Made by a program: the position numbers and the translations under genes. A stretch of DNA of 63,347 nt, counting the filler, from Octopus bimaculoides (taxonomy: Eukaryota): the NCBI RefSeq assembly GCF_001194135.2. It is 5 parts of 5 records of this genome, joined end to end, with 100 filler letters (N's around TTAATTAATTAA, not from the genome) between each part and the next. Parts side by side here need not be neighbours in the genome. Positions count along the whole stretch, not along the records: positions 1 to 23,805 come from NC_068993.1; 4 more parts are not named here. One strand, written 5' to 3'. Below the pieces are notes generated by a model. It did not search any database, had not been told where the DNA came from, and saw nothing but the letters and a program-made list of their open reading frames with translations. Shown piece after piece: positions 1-13,315 of the stretch (the stretch's first letter is position 1; each line of letters opens with the position of its first letter).

Positions 1-303
1 TATATATATATATATATATACACATATATATGTATATGTGTATATGTATATACATATATATACATATATATGTACATATTTTTTTATTATTATTATAGTT
101 TCAGCTTAGACCTGCGGCCATGCTGATACATACACGCACTTTTAATTTTGTGGTTTATAAGCTCGAATCCTGTCGTTGTTTGCTTTATTATTCGGTAATT
201 AATTTATTTATAGATTGCAACTATGACAGCTTTCCGTCAGTTTCATAACGATTAAAGATGTTGGGCCTACTCTAAATATTGGGGCTGTGAATGGTTTACC
301 TGT

Positions 304-440
304 ACGTCGCTTACGAGGACGTGTGTTCCAGTTGATCTGATCAACGGAACAGCGTGCTCGTGAAATTAACGTGCGAATGGCTGAGCAATTAACAGCCCGC
401 GAACCCTTAATGTTGTTCTGAGCAAGATTCAGCGTGGTAC
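304..440 (-). mobile_element. SINE fragment (family C; same family as 6822-7170)
   Basis: Aligns by eye to 6900-7020 (gttgatc[t/c]gatcaa[c/t]ggaa...gctcgtgaaattaa[c/t]gtgc[g/a]aatggctgagc). Confidence 0.7.
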
Positions 441-1386
441 ATATTTTAAAGCACATGATATCGATAATGTTTACATTATAATGCTTTTAATTCAAAACTT
501 GAATATATATATATATATATATATATACANNNNNNNNNNNNNNNNNNNNNNNNNNNNNNNNNNNNNNNNNNNNNNNNNNNNNNNNNNNNNNNNNNNNNNN
601 NNNNNNNNNNNNNNNNNNNNNNNNNNNNNNNNNNNNNNNNNNNNNNNNNNNNNNNNNNNNNNNNNNNNNNNNNNNNNNNNNNNNNNNNNNNNNNNNNNNN
701 NNNNNNNNNNNNNNNNNNNNNNNNNNNNNNNNNNNNNNNNNNNNNNNNNNNNNNNNNNNNNNNNNNNNNNNNNNNNNNNNNNNNNNNNNNNNNNNNNNNN
801 NNNNNNNNNNNNNNNNNNNNNNNNNNNNNNNNNNNNNNNNNNNNNNNNNNNNNNNNNNNNNNNNNNNNNNNNNNNNNNNNNNNNNNNNNNNNNNNNNNNN
901 NNNNNNNNNNNNNNNNNNNNNNNNNNNNNNNNNNNNNNNNNNNNNNNNNNNNNNNNNNNNNNNNNNNNNNNNNNNNNNNNNNNNNNNNNNNNNNNNNNNN
1001 NNNNNNNNNNNNNNNNNNNNNNNNNNNNNNNNNNNNNNNNNNNNNNNNNNNNNNNNNNNNNNNNNNNNNNNNNNNNNNNNNNNNNNNNNNNNNNNNNNNN
1101 NNNNNNNNNNNNNNNNNNNNNNNNNNNNNNNNNNNNNNNNNNNNNNNNNNNNNNNNNNNNNNNNNNNNNNNNNNNNNNNNNNNNNNNNNNNNNNNNNNNN
1201 NNNNNNNNNNNNNNNNNNNNNNNNNNNNNNNNNNNNNNNNNNNNNNNNNNNNNNNNNNNNNNNNNNNNNNNNNNNNNNNNNNNNNNNNNNNNNNNNNNNN
1301 NNNNNNNNNNNNNNNNNNNNNNNNNNNNNNNNNNNNNNNNNNNNNNNNNNNNNNNNNNNNNNNNNNNNNNNNNNNNNNNNNNNNNN

Positions 1387-1446
<60 letters not shown>

Positions 1447-1454
1447 ATGTATAT

Positions 1455-1670
1455 ACTTTTATTATTTTGCTTGTTTCAGTCATCTGACGATGGCTATGCC
1501 GGGGCACCAGCTTGGAGGGGTTTTAGTCGAACAAATCGACCCCAGGACTTACCTTTTAATCCTAGTACTCATTCTACTTCTCCCTTTTACCGAAACTGAT
1601 AGGTTACGGGGACATAAACCCACCAACACCTGCTATCAAGTGGTGTTGAAGGAAGAAACACAGACACAAA
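1455..1670 (-). mobile_element. SINE family B, 3' portion
   Basis: cttgtttcagtcat...gtcgaacaaatcgaccccaggactta...tagtactcattcta...ttacggggacataaac; homologous to 23160-23400, 38005-38375 and 47332-47705. Confidence 0.7.
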
Positions 1671-1691
1671 GACACGCATATATATATATAT

Positions 1692-2131
1692 ATCATAAAT
1701 ATATAGGGATTGACAGTAACCTGCTTCTCCAACATACTGAGAATTCAGAAATAGCAGTCAAAGAACTACTGATTTCAAAACTACAAATTACTGGCCGATA
1801 AATTTCTTAACGTCTTCCTCACGTGGTATTGATGTTCACATGGTCAAAATTGACGTGAGTTATTTAGACATTAACAACTTTATTAGAATATTTAGCTGAA
1901 GATCAGAATAGAGTATTCTTTACTCTTAACTGTGAAACGATCGTACTAAATTAACTAAAGGCAAGTTTTTTTACTCTTCTCTACTGTTTTTGTTCTGTGT
2001 GTATCAAAAATATCGCTATCAATCTGGAGTAATAATTTGTAGTTTTGAAATCAGTAGTTCTTTGACTGCTATTTCTGAATTCTCAGTATGTTGGAGAAGC
2101 AGGTTACTGTCAATCCCTATATATTTATGAT
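1692..2131 (+). mobile_element. Fold-back element: perfect 99-bp inverted repeats around a hammerhead-containing spacer (PLE/retrozyme-like)
   Basis: 1692-1790 is the exact reverse complement of 2033-2131; the 242-bp spacer contains a hammerhead motif. Confidence 0.85.
1890..1951 (+). ncRNA. Type I hammerhead ribozyme motif with palindromic stem III
   Basis: Stem I AUUUAG(1890-95)/CUAAAU(1946-51); core CUGAAGA(1896-1902); stem II CAG/CUG with inner AGAGUA/UACUCU; GAAAC-GAUC-GUA (ACGAUCGU palindrome). The 10.1-11.1 position is a U-U mismatch. Confidence 0.8.
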
Positions 2132-2231
2132 TATAAATGTTTTTTACCGAAAATGTTTTTTCATACTGAGCTANNNNNNNNNNNNNNNNNNNNNNNNNNN
2201 NNNNNNNNNNNNNNNNNNNNNNNNNNNNNNN

Positions 2232-2293
<62 letters not shown>

Positions 2294-2559
2294 ACAGAGA
2301 GAGAGACACTGGTGTGTGTATATGAGGGAGGAATGCGTTTCCTAATAATGTAGTACCTTTATAAAGGTTTCTAATTTTTGCCAGAGTTTAGCTATTTCGT
2401 TTGTAAGAGGCCTTTAAATTAAATCAATAATATTGCATTTTTTTTCGACTCTAAATGAAGAAAGACAAAGGTATCTTTCGCAGAATGCACGAATAATGTA
2501 TCCATAACAATTTCTCCTGTAAAATAGGGCATACTATTTGTTTACCTTTGTATCTGATT

Positions 2560-3545
2560 ATCAAACGTTACCCAATATCAAATTATATCAATGATTTCCC
2601 ATGTAACATCCATTAATCCTATTGCCACTCTGAGCTTGATGTTTCTCTTCTTATCCATTATGTTAATCTTCAGCATTCGACTTGCCGTGGTTCTTTGTGT
2701 TGATATTAATTCGTTTTCAATGTTCTTTTTAGTAGTACATGTTTCTGATGCATACTTAATGGTAGACAGCACACATTGGTTGAAGACCTTTTTATTTAGA
2801 CATACAGGAAACATACTGCTCATGATGTGAATCAGTTTACGAAAGCTTCCCAACCTAATTGTATTCGTCGTTGAATATTTTTGGTCCAAATTTTATCATT
2901 TAAGCAGATTATTTCGCGGTAGATGTGTTCAGGAGAAAGGATAATAGATGGAATAGCAAACTGACAGGGAGTACACCATATCTACAAAAAAACAAGGAAA
3001 GGAAGATCATGCAAAATCTGGAATGAAGACTTTGTGAAATTCTCCGGCAACCAAACATGGATGAGGGAGACATCAGACTGTGGTTGGTGGAGAGAACATA
3101 TTGAGGCCTTCGTCTAGCAGTAGACTGAACATGTGCAAGGATGTTAATCAATAATTTCGAGGGCAGACGCTTAAGTTAGTATGTTCTGCTTTGCTTGAAA
3201 TATTTCAGCAATAACAAGTACGAATTTGTTCCCATTTTTTACATGGTGGAATCTGAAGGCATATTTGTGTCCGAGAAATTGCTTATCGACATCGTGTACC
3301 TATTTGCAATTGTCTTCTTTAGGTGTTACTAACACACTCATGTGCCTCATGCAGCACCTCCGAATTTTAAATTTCCATTGGTCCAAATCAAGTACGTGTC
3401 TCAAGAAATCAAGAAGAGAACAATCTCACTTAGACAGGTGAATGTCGGATCTGGATGTAAAATACATGTAAAAGACCTCTCGATGCTCTGGAAAAGGCAT
3501 TATGGGACACGCATATGGAAACATCTTAAATGAAACAACTTTACG
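2560..3545 (-). mobile_element. Decayed RTE-clade non-LTR retrotransposon (RT core to thumb)
   Basis: ORF 2578-2889 KKVFNQCVLSTIKYASETCTTKKNIENELISTQRTTASRMLKINIMDKKRN matches the RTE thumb pattern; upstream decayed motifs VSHNAF and KFKIRR. Confidence 0.7.
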
Positions 3546-3904
3546 ATCAGTTTTGTTATTCACATTTTTCAGATTCTGCCATTGGTCTCAAATAAAATAA
3601 AACCCGTCAAATTAGATCTCGCCTCAGGTCATCAGTTTTTAAACTACTTGTTAAAATTCTTTGGAGACCGGCTGACTGGTTGTTTTGGGACATCAGCTGT
3701 GTGGTCATTCTGCCAAAACATTAAACTCATTCACAAGTTAGAAAGACAATTTCTTTCCGACAATTATGGCGCCATGAACCTACTTACTATACGAATAGTG
3801 GTTAAAACACTGAATGAAATGATATCCAATGTGTCTTCCTATCGATATCCTCACCCACTAAAAAGTTGTTGACATTATATATTAATATTAATAGTATCAA
3901 AAGC

Positions 3905-4118
3905 AGCGAGTCGGCATTATCATTACCTCGTCAGTCAAAATCCTTCGCGACATTCCTCCCAGTTCTTTACGGTTTGAGAGCAAATCCCGTTGTTGTCAAC
4001 TTTGTTTTTCATCCATTCGAGGTCGAGAAAACAAAGTACTAGTGAAGTACTAGCGTCGATGTAATCAACTTGCTCTCTTTCTCTCCTCAAAATTATTGGC
4101 TTGAGCTAGAAAGAAATA
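3905..4118 (+). mobile_element. SINE family A, decayed
   Basis: caactttgtttttcatccattcgaggtcgagaaaacaaagtac...gtcgatgtaatcaact; homologous to the reverse complement of 48162-48384. Confidence 0.6.
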
Positions 4119-4289
4119 TTAGATGCATTAAATGGAAACTTCTGCAGCTACTACCAAGAAACAATCATAAGTGTGGATCGTTGCACACTACTGAAACCTT
4201 CAGGTCTACTACCACGGAATATCTCTAGTTAAATATTATCTGTGGGTAATTTAAACAACCTGAAGATACGCTACTGCAAGGTGCATAAT

Positions 4290-4560
4290 CGTTTAAGAAA
4301 CTTATGCCGCATGACTTCGAAGTCATCGAAACTGCGTTCTCAAAGAGCACGTCTCTGGATATGCTGTTTTAGCGACACTCTCAGTTTCGATCTTTCCGTA
4401 GATCTTTGAGCAGTTACTAGCCTCTGCTCCTCTCACTTAGTCGTGGCACAGGTTTTGCTTCCGTACAAAATTGCAGGTAAAGCCGTGCCGTTCAAGAGGT
4501 TGACACGCATCGTCCTATACAGGTTCCGCTGAGCCCATCTTTGGCGCTATTAGACCGCCA
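4290..4560 (-). mobile_element. RTE-clade thumb-domain fragment (second family)
   Basis: Manual minus-strand translation RVNLLNGTALPAILYGSKTCATTK*EEQRLVTAQRSTERSKLRVSLKQHI. Confidence 0.6.
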
Positions 4561-5277
4561 GCTGAGAAAAAAATTATAGTAGCATCGGTGCCAAGCAGTG
4601 TTTAGGCATAAGCAAACTTTAGGTCAGTTAAAATATGTTTGTGAAATATTTCAAATTCTAAAGACAAATTCACTGCCGTTAACGTCGCGAGAATATGGTC
4701 TCTTGTGTAAAAAGAACCATATCTCCACGATGCTTCCCCCTGTCGGATTTTTAAAGATATCTTGCATTATCACGAGTCGACAGAAATAACGGATTGGTGT
4801 GCAGGAAGGCCGCTGATAATCAGAGAGCCCTCAGTTTTTGTTAAATTACGTCTACTTTGATATAAAAGCGGATATCAAAGGAGTGGCATCAGACATTTTG
4901 GATAAGCTTTTGCTTGTGCTTCACATGATGGGACTCCCACACACAGGACACTGCGATCCGTAGCGAAACTGGATATCTTTACCCTGCCTGGCTCTCGGTC
5001 ATTTTGCACAGGTATCGCTAACATTTTACATACGCATTGCTGATTAATATAAAACTTCAAGTCAATAAATGTATGTGCGATCGCGTGCGCGTGCGTGTGT
5101 GTGCGTGTGTAAGTGCAAGTATGTATATATATATATGTACACACACACACACACACAAGAACACGTGTGTTTGAAATGACAGTCGAACGCGCTTACACTA
5201 GAAAGAAACTCCTTCCACAAAGGTGAGTGACGTTCTGATGAAGGATTTACATTTAAAAAATAATATATATATATATC

Positions 5278-5308
<31 letters not shown>

Positions 5309-5710
5309 AATTATATATATATACATATATATACATACACACAAGCACATATATACATGTATATATGTACATGTGTATGCACAAGTGTGTATATCAGCTT
5401 ATAGTTTCTTATACAGACACATATGCATTTGCATATATATATGTACATACGAGCGTGTGTACGCGCGCAGGCGCGCTCGTGTATTTATCAAGATCAACTT
5501 GCTAATCTAATTTGCGTCTCCGGTGAAAAATGACAATCATAAGGCTGGTCACATGGTTTCCCTCCTATAGATACACTCTGCCTGCCTTTCTGTGTATGTA
5601 TATTCATATATGAGCCTCTTTACTTGCGCGTTTCTGAGTGTATACATGTATGCGTGTGTTTGCGTACATATATAGTTTTTTGCGTATTATCGTGTGCATG
5701 AATGTGTGAG

Positions 5711-5741
<31 letters not shown>

Positions 5742-5899
5742 GGGGAGGGAGAGAGAGAGAGAATGTGTGTCTTAGTAGCGATAAATTTTGGAGAAGATAA
5801 AGATGTTTGGATGTATTTGTAGGAGTTGGGAGATTGTAAGAGACACATGGATGATAGACGGGAGGGAGAAAAAGAGAGAGAATAACAGACGAAGAGAGG

Positions 5900-6030
5900 C
5901 GGGCAAGCAGTCGGGCGGGCAGGCGGGCAAGCAGACATATCCGCCATTTCAAGTGATCACTGCGACCTTGTCTTTCATTTCCGGTATAAGAGTGTGATGT
6001 ATTTAATTGGCAGCCGACCGGAAGTGGAAA
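5900..6030. promoter_or_regulatory. Possible housekeeping-type promoter (YY1, two ETS, CCAAT and GC-box motifs)
   Basis: CCGCCATTT 5941-49, ATTTCCGGT 5977-85, ATTGG 6006-10, ACCGGAAGTG 6017-26, GGGCGG 5913-18 in a CpG-richer patch. Motif matches only. Confidence 0.3.
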
Positions 6031-6821
6031 TCTGTGTTAGTAAAAATGAACGGAAAGGAAGGAATGTTGTTTGGTGGTAGATAACTAATTCCATTCACAA
6101 GATTTGGTCGTCAGACCAGAATCTTCTGGAAAATGGAAACACCCAGTCGAACATCGCGTCCGGTTCGTTTCCAGCAGCAGCCGCTTGCTGTATACAACCC
6201 CAACCCATATTATGCTACACACCCATGCGCTAACACCTCACCACACCACACCTTACCAAATCATATAGACAAACAGCGACATATCTCTACTGCTTAACAT
6301 CCCACTCGTCACAAAGTGCCTCTACACCGCGCCACACCAGATGATATAGGCAAATAGCCACGTCGCTCTTCTACCTCTCCACTCAACCACTGAGCATACC
6401 TATATTGCACTGCACCATACCACACCAAATCATATAACCAATGAACGACACTCCTACCTCCCATACACATACACACATAAATTAACAATTCTACATCATG
6501 CTACATCATACCGAGCCGATTCATATAGATAAACAGTCACAATTTTTTTGTGCCATTACCTCCTCACTATATCATACGGCCTCAGATGACATACATCAGC
6601 AACAATACAACAAAAGACTAGGGGACACAGCACTACATTAAACATTGCCATATCGCAAAACGTCATCCAGAAACAACATGGAGAACTTTACAAAGTAACG
6701 CGTTGTGCTAGAAATAGTAACCAAAGTTTTAATTACCGCCTTAAAAGAGACGAAAGCACGTATTCGACGATATAGGCCTAGATACGAATAACACATGATC
6801 AGTACTGGAAAGTACGTATGT

Positions 6822-7170
6822 CATCGGCCTGTTTCATGCTGAGCAACAACTACATGAGCAGAAAGAATACCAACGCTCAGACAAAGTGGCACTCCGTCGG
6901 TTACGACGAGTATGTTTCGGGTTGATCCGATCAATGGAAACGTTTTGCTCGTGAAATTAATGTGCAAATGGCTGAGCATACCCTTAACAAATTTCTCAGT
7001 GAGATTCAAAATGACACAGAGTGTGACAAGGTTGACCCTTTGAAATACAGGTACTACTCATTTTTGCCAGCTGAGTGGGCTAGAGCAACGTGAAATAAAG
7101 TGTCTTGCCCAAGGACACAACACACAGCCCGGTCCAGAAATCAAAATACACTAACCACTAAGCCACGCGC
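6822..7170 (-). mobile_element. tRNA-derived SINE family C
   Basis: tRNA-like head at the right end (reverse complement gcgcgtggcttagtggttag...gatttctggaccggg) and body gccagctgagtgggctagagcaacgtgaaataaagtgtcttgcccaaggacacaac. Confidence 0.75.
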
Positions 7171-8489
7171 AGAGGCTAAGAACCCATTATATATCGTACA
7201 CCACGTCACATTACACGATGACAAACCGTACACTCAACCGACCCTTCACAAAGTATCATATGTCTACACTTTGGAAACACATTGACTCTAACGTTTAAAG
7301 ACCACCAATATTTCCACCCGCCCCACGATAACAGGCTAATATGGCTGCCACGTCCCCAGCAATCTAGAATCCACTAGGTAAGTCCCAGCGTTGTTGACGG
7401 ATCGGTTTCTAATAGCATCCAAATGCCCTTCAAATTACCTCCTACCGTCTCAGACAATTACGTGAGCTAGAATTCTAGTACATCTTTCAACTATGCTACA
7501 TAAATACAAGTATACATGCATAAAAATACGCACTCTCACACACACAGACACACATATCAACACAAACACATATATGTGTATATGTGTAGATTGGTGTTAG
7601 AATTTATTAAAGCCAAGCAGCATATAGATTTTGTAATGAAAATTTCGAAACAAGTCCTCATTGAACATAATAATGAGGTATGAAAACGAAGAATTGCCAA
7701 ACTATATACGATGATCGACATACTTGGCTAAATACAAAGATTTGCCCAGTATGGCTGCAAACGAATGAAGGAATAAACGAATGTTCCCATAGAATTGCGG
7801 GACGGTCCTAATCGCATTGACAAGGGGTTTCAGAAAAGACAATCAATATTTATTTCCAGGGACAACAAGATAAAATATTCAATCAGTTGAGAAAAGAATT
7901 TACAATAGACAGTAATGGAGATTCAATTAAAGTAAGTATGCAGAGTACATACATACAAATGCGCACGCATGTACACGTAATTCTACATGTTTTCATATAT
8001 ATGCGAGTTTATGCATATATATGTATACATATACATATACATTTATATATATATAGAGAGAGAGAGAGACCTACATACATATACGTACGTATACACATAC
8101 TATATACATCCACACGCATACAAGACACACATATATACATATTGAGAAATATTTCATTTTTGGTCAGAGGTGACATCAACTTAAGAAAATAATTCCATAG
8201 GAAATTAGAATGTATTTATTTCTGCTGAGAACAATGACATCACTCGGAGTTTCGTCTCTTGCCTCATTCACAGACACTGTGAATGAGCCGAAAGGCGATT
8301 CTGCGATTAAGTGATTTTATTCTTGTGTGTGTGTGCGCGCGAGAGCATTTTTTCCATGTGTAATGTACGTGACTATCTGTTCCTTGCATGTTTCCAATGC
8401 TTGAAATTTACGTGAGAGTGGAAGGCAGCTTGGAGGGCATTCCGCAAAATGATTACCAGAAACAAGTACCGCAGAGATATTTTGCTTCG

Positions 8490-8684
8490 GAATTTATGTA
8501 CATTATTTACATTATTTACATTCGACGGATATTTGTCCTCATCTTTCGGCTGATATTTGTCCTCAACGTTTCGGCTGATATACCCTCCAGCCTTCTTCAG
8601 GTATCTTGGGGAAATTTCGAACCTGTGTTCCCATTTCTAAGTTATTATTATTATTATTATTATTATTGTTGTTGTTGTTGTTGC

Positions 8685-8739
<55 letters not shown>

Positions 8740-8780
8740 CAGGTCCCTGCTTGGAATGGAACTCGGAATCTTGGGGTTAA
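8490..8780 (-). mobile_element. Solo PLE terminal repeat: 3' half of tRNA-like head, (AAC/AAT)n, hammerhead, tail
   Basis: Segments match 51700-51745, 52976-53122 and 54514-54650; the tail carries a 24-25 nt tandem duplication (cagccgaaa...gaggacaaatat). Confidence 0.8.
8562..8605 (-). ncRNA. Minimal hammerhead motif (stem I 3' strand disrupted)
   Basis: GAUAC CUGAAGA A GGCUG GAGGGUAUAU CAGCC GAAAC GUU; intact core and 5-bp stem II, but the following GAGG does not pair with stem I. Confidence 0.7.
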
Positions 8781-9384
8781 TTTGCAAAGAGGTGGTTTCA
8801 GGTTCAGTCCCATCCGCGATACATTCGGAAAATGTCTTTTACTGTAGCATCAGGCAGAGCAATGCCTTCTGAGTAAATCTGATAAATGGAATCTAGCTAT
8901 GTAAACGGAAACGTGGTCAAATGAACAAGCGGAAGAGGTCAATACAGTGGCGACACCTGACTCTATCCGATGTAAAAAAACAAACAAAAAATGTTTATCC
9001 GATCTATGTAATGATATCTATGATAGTAAATTGTCACTGTATATTAATATCAAAAGTACATCAGAGTCTAAAAGTTTCGGATGCTAAATGGTCATGATGT
9101 GAGCGAAGATTCTGAAAATGACAAGGTATTTTAAATACAATTTTAAATAACTCAGTTGGTATTTTCTCAATTATCTAAGGTCCTTAATCGGTTAAGATTT
9201 TGCATGCATCTTCATTTGTATGCGCATGCCTAGAATAGATTGCGGTTTCTGTTATGTTGCGAATGTAATGTTACTAGAAGTAACTGTATTGCTTGACATA
9301 TGTAGCAACTTTGAATGATTACATTTCTATTCAAACACCCACACACACACACGCATAGATGTAAGTATATATTATATTATAAGC

Positions 9385-9525
9385 GAGAATTTACAAAACA
9401 AAAAATTCAAAAGACGAAGACGGGTGTGTAAACAACAAACAGATGTATTAGTTTAATGCTCGGGAAGTGAAAATGTCTTTTACGTTTCGAGCCTACGCTC
9501 TTCGACAGAAAGGAACACAGAAATA
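9385..9525 (-). mobile_element. PLE-like tail fragment with variant minimal hammerhead (9477-9512)
   Basis: CUUU CUGUCGA A GAGC GUAG GCUC GAAAC GUA AAAG; second copy at 25055-25175. Confidence 0.7.
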
Positions 9526-10654
9526 ATTAAGCACTTTAGATTACATCATACCTTCTTTTTTCTTCTTTGTTTGAGGAAAACTAGAAGTCGCCTGTGTGAA
9601 TATTTTAGTTTCATCGCGTTACCGATTTTTATCTAAGAAAAAAGCACTTAAATGTGACGATAGAGTTTGGCACCGATATCTCATATATACTGGTGTCAGA
9701 GTGAAAGAGCCGGCTGTCAAAGTGCCAAGGTATCACAAGGAGTCTTACCCACCCAAGGAGTAGTTCCACAAATCTACGTCCATGTGCTGGTAATTTGTAT
9801 TTCTTCTACAAATCGAAGAAGAGCAAAACTGATCTTGACGGAATATGAAATAACAACTCGGTGAGAGAAATCCTATACAATGTTTGAATGACTCAGCCAA
9901 ATTGTTGTCTACTCTCATCTCAAAAATCTATACGCGTTTCGGAAACGCTGAATACGATTTCGCAGTAAGTGTGCAATATGCTTTCTGATCCATGTCAAAA
10001 TTTCTCCAATGTAGATTCTTTCTTAACCAGTGTTATTATAGTAATTTCCAAGTACGTAGTTATTATTATTTATTATTTTTTTAGCTTCTCGCAGTTATTT
10101 ATGTTATAGAAACCATATATCTGAAGTTAAATATTACCTAATGATACAATACGTTGGCAAATATAATACGAAAGCTAACGAGAGTAGCATATCCCCGATA
10201 GGCCTGGCAACATTAAAACCGATTATTATAAATATCTATTTACCTTACACTTAAAGGAAATGCTAATTTTACTGCTGACTTTGGAGAAAGTAGCAGACAA
10301 AAACGGGATCGTAATATATAGCAATGCACATAAAGGAGTCAAAAACCCTTATCATGAGACACGATTTCACATACGAGTTCATAGACTTTGTTGCTTCTGG
10401 GATTATTACAGAAGTAGATGATGAATATTAACTTAAAATTTATTGAGTTTTCATTGAATATTGGTGATGTTTTTTCGTAGCATTTCAACGGAAACCTCCA
10501 TTAGTTTGCCTGTTCTTCCTTAGGCAATGAGCAATTTCTCTTACGTACATTAAATAAATCCGTTCCGATTTCAGTAATTGTCATTATCCAATATTATATG
10601 ATCATAGAGTATTTTGCCTTCATTGCATATATATACATATACATATACATATAT

Positions 10655-10707
<53 letters not shown>

Positions 10708-12159
10708 NNNNNNNNNNNNNNNNNNNNNNNNNNNNNNNNNNNNNNNNNNNNNNNNNNNNNNNNNNNNNNNNNNNNNNNNNNNNNNNNNNNNNNNNNNNNN
10801 NNNNNNNNNNNNNNNNNNNNNNNNNNNNNNNNNNNNNNNNNNNNNNNNNNNNNNNNNNNNNNNNNNNNNNNNNNNNNNNNNNNNNNNNNNNNNNNNNNNN
10901 NNNNNNNNNNNNNNNNNNNNNNNNNNNNNNNNNNNNNNNNNNNNNNNNNNNNNNNNNNNNNNNNNNNNNNNNNNNNNNNNNNNNNNNNNNNNNNNNNNNN
11001 NNNNNNNNNNNNNNNNNNNNNNNNNNNNNNNNNNNNNNNNNNNNNNNNNNNNNNNNNNNNNNNNNNNNNNNNNNNNNNNNNNNNNNNNNNNNNNNNNNNN
11101 NNNNNNNNNNNNNNNNNNNNNNNNNNNNNNNNNNNNNNNNNNNNNNNNNNNNNNNNNNNNNNNNNNNNNNNNNNNNNNNNNNNNNNNNNNNNNNNNNNNN
11201 NNNNNNNNNNNNNNNNNNNNNNNNNNNNNNNNNNNNNNNNNNNNNNNNNNNNNNNNNNNNNNNNNNNNNNNNNNNNNNNNNNNNNNNNNNNNNNNNNNNN
11301 NNNNNNNNNNNNNNNNNNNNNNNNNNNNNNNNNNNNNNNNNNNNNNNNNNNNNNNNNNNNNNNNNNNNNNNNNNNNNNNNNNNNNNNNNNNNNNNNNNNN
11401 NNNNNNNNNNNNNNNNNNNNNNNNNNNNNNNNNNNNNNNNNNNNNNNNNNNNNNNNNATATATATATATATATATATATATAAGTAGGTATACAGCCACA
11501 TGCATATATACCTATATGTAAATATATATATGTGTGTGTGTGTATGTGTGTGTATACGCATACACCTTATATACTTATTTATGAAGAACAGGGTTCGTTG
11601 AACACCAATGAAAGGAGCCTTAGAAAGTCTGAGACAGGGAGAACAATGGGGGCAAGAGGAAAGAACAGAGGGAGAGACAGTGATGGTTTAGAGACAAAAT
11701 ATAAAAATAGAATACAAACATATTCAGTAAGGATCTATGTGTGTGATATAGAGAATCATAATCTCCCTATAATTACAACTGGGCGGTATTTTTCCTATGC
11801 TTAGACGTCTGAGAGAAAGATCAGACACACAAGAAGGCGACGCATCGGACATCTTGAAATACACACAGTGACGAGCGAGAGACAGGAAAGATGGCGGCGA
11901 ATAGCTGCTTTTTACTGTGTCCCTCTCTCTCTCCCTCTCTCCTTTTTCTCCGTCTCTTCTGCTGGGGCTAAGATGCTGACCACACACGCATTCACATTTA
12001 TAGAGAGTTACAAACACATGTATACAGAACCAATATTGCTAACGCCGTTGATGACGATAGTTATAAGTTTTCTTCGCAACTATCTTCTTGTTCCCTTCCC
12101 GCCTTTTATATAGATCTTTTTCCTTCCCGTAGGATACATTCAGTAAGACTCGTATTTAA

Positions 12160-13241
12160 TCCCATTTGCAGTATTTCGTTTTCTTTATGTTTATTTTTAC
12201 TTTATATTTTCTTCCAATCTTTTATTCTTTTCTTTATAATCATAGTATTATTATTTTATCTTATTTTCCTTTTTGTTTTTCGTTCTTTATCTTTTTTTTT
12301 ATGATTATTTTGTTCTTTCCTCTTTCAACCACGACGACATCTTTTCTCTGCTATAATTTCTTGTAATTCTTGTTGTTATTGTTGCCGTCTTGTTTGATGA
12401 TTTGTTAGACTAGTTTGTTGTGTTGCTTTCTTGCGTTATTCTTGTTGCTGTAAATGTTATGGCCTTTTTTGTTGCTTTTGTTGTTGCAGATGTTACTGTC
12501 ATTGTTGTTGTTGATGTTGCTGTTGGCCCTGTACCGTTGTCTACCGGGGTTGATATTGGTGTCTACGTTTATTTCCTCGATGTTATTGGTGGTTGCGGTG
12601 GGGATTTGATCGTGACCATGGCGGTGCCGTTGATGGTCATCGTCGTGATATTCATAGTGGTAGGCTCGGTCTCTTTCTTACAACTGTTGTTGTTGTTGTT
12701 GTTGTTGCTACTGCTGCTGCTGCTGCTGTGTGTCTTGTTATTCTTATTCATAACGCCTTTCTTGTTCGAATCTTGTCTTCGCTATTGATGTGTGTCTTCG
12801 TTATCCTCAACTCTTCTACTATTTCTTCACCATCATCATCATTACCAGCATCATCACCACCATCACCACCACCACCACCACCACCACCACCACTGTCATC
12901 ATCATCATCTTCATCATTATCATCATCATCGTCATCATCATCTCTCAAGTGAAATTCTTGCTCTCTTCCTCATCCGCTTCCTCTTCAAGGTCTTTCTTCT
13001 TCATCTTCTTCTCCTTCTTCGTTCATTCGTTCGTTCGTTCCTTCCTTCCTTCCTTCGTTCCCTCCTTCCTTCGTTCCCTCCTTCCTTCTCCACTCGTTGT
13101 TGCAGGTTGTGCTGTTGGTATTGATCTTCTCGTCACTTCCACGTTCTTTTCTTCATCTTGTTCTTTTCCTTTTTCATTATTGTTCCTTTTATCATCGTCT
13201 TTATCGTCGTCATAATCATCATCATCATGATCTATTATTAC

Positions 13242-13315
<74 letters not shown>

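Noticed and set aside
476-1599. Long ORFs spanning N runs (also near 10.6 kb, 36.2 kb, 40.1 kb, 51.9 kb)
   Set aside because: Artefacts of gaps and flanking dinucleotide repeats.
5232-5262. CUGAUGAAGG after an AG|GTGAGT donor-like site
   Set aside because: No GAAA half, and no recognisable exon upstream of the donor.
9925-9960. GAAACGCGUA (minus strand), a hammerhead-like 3' half
   Set aside because: No CUGANGA core or stem I partner upstream.
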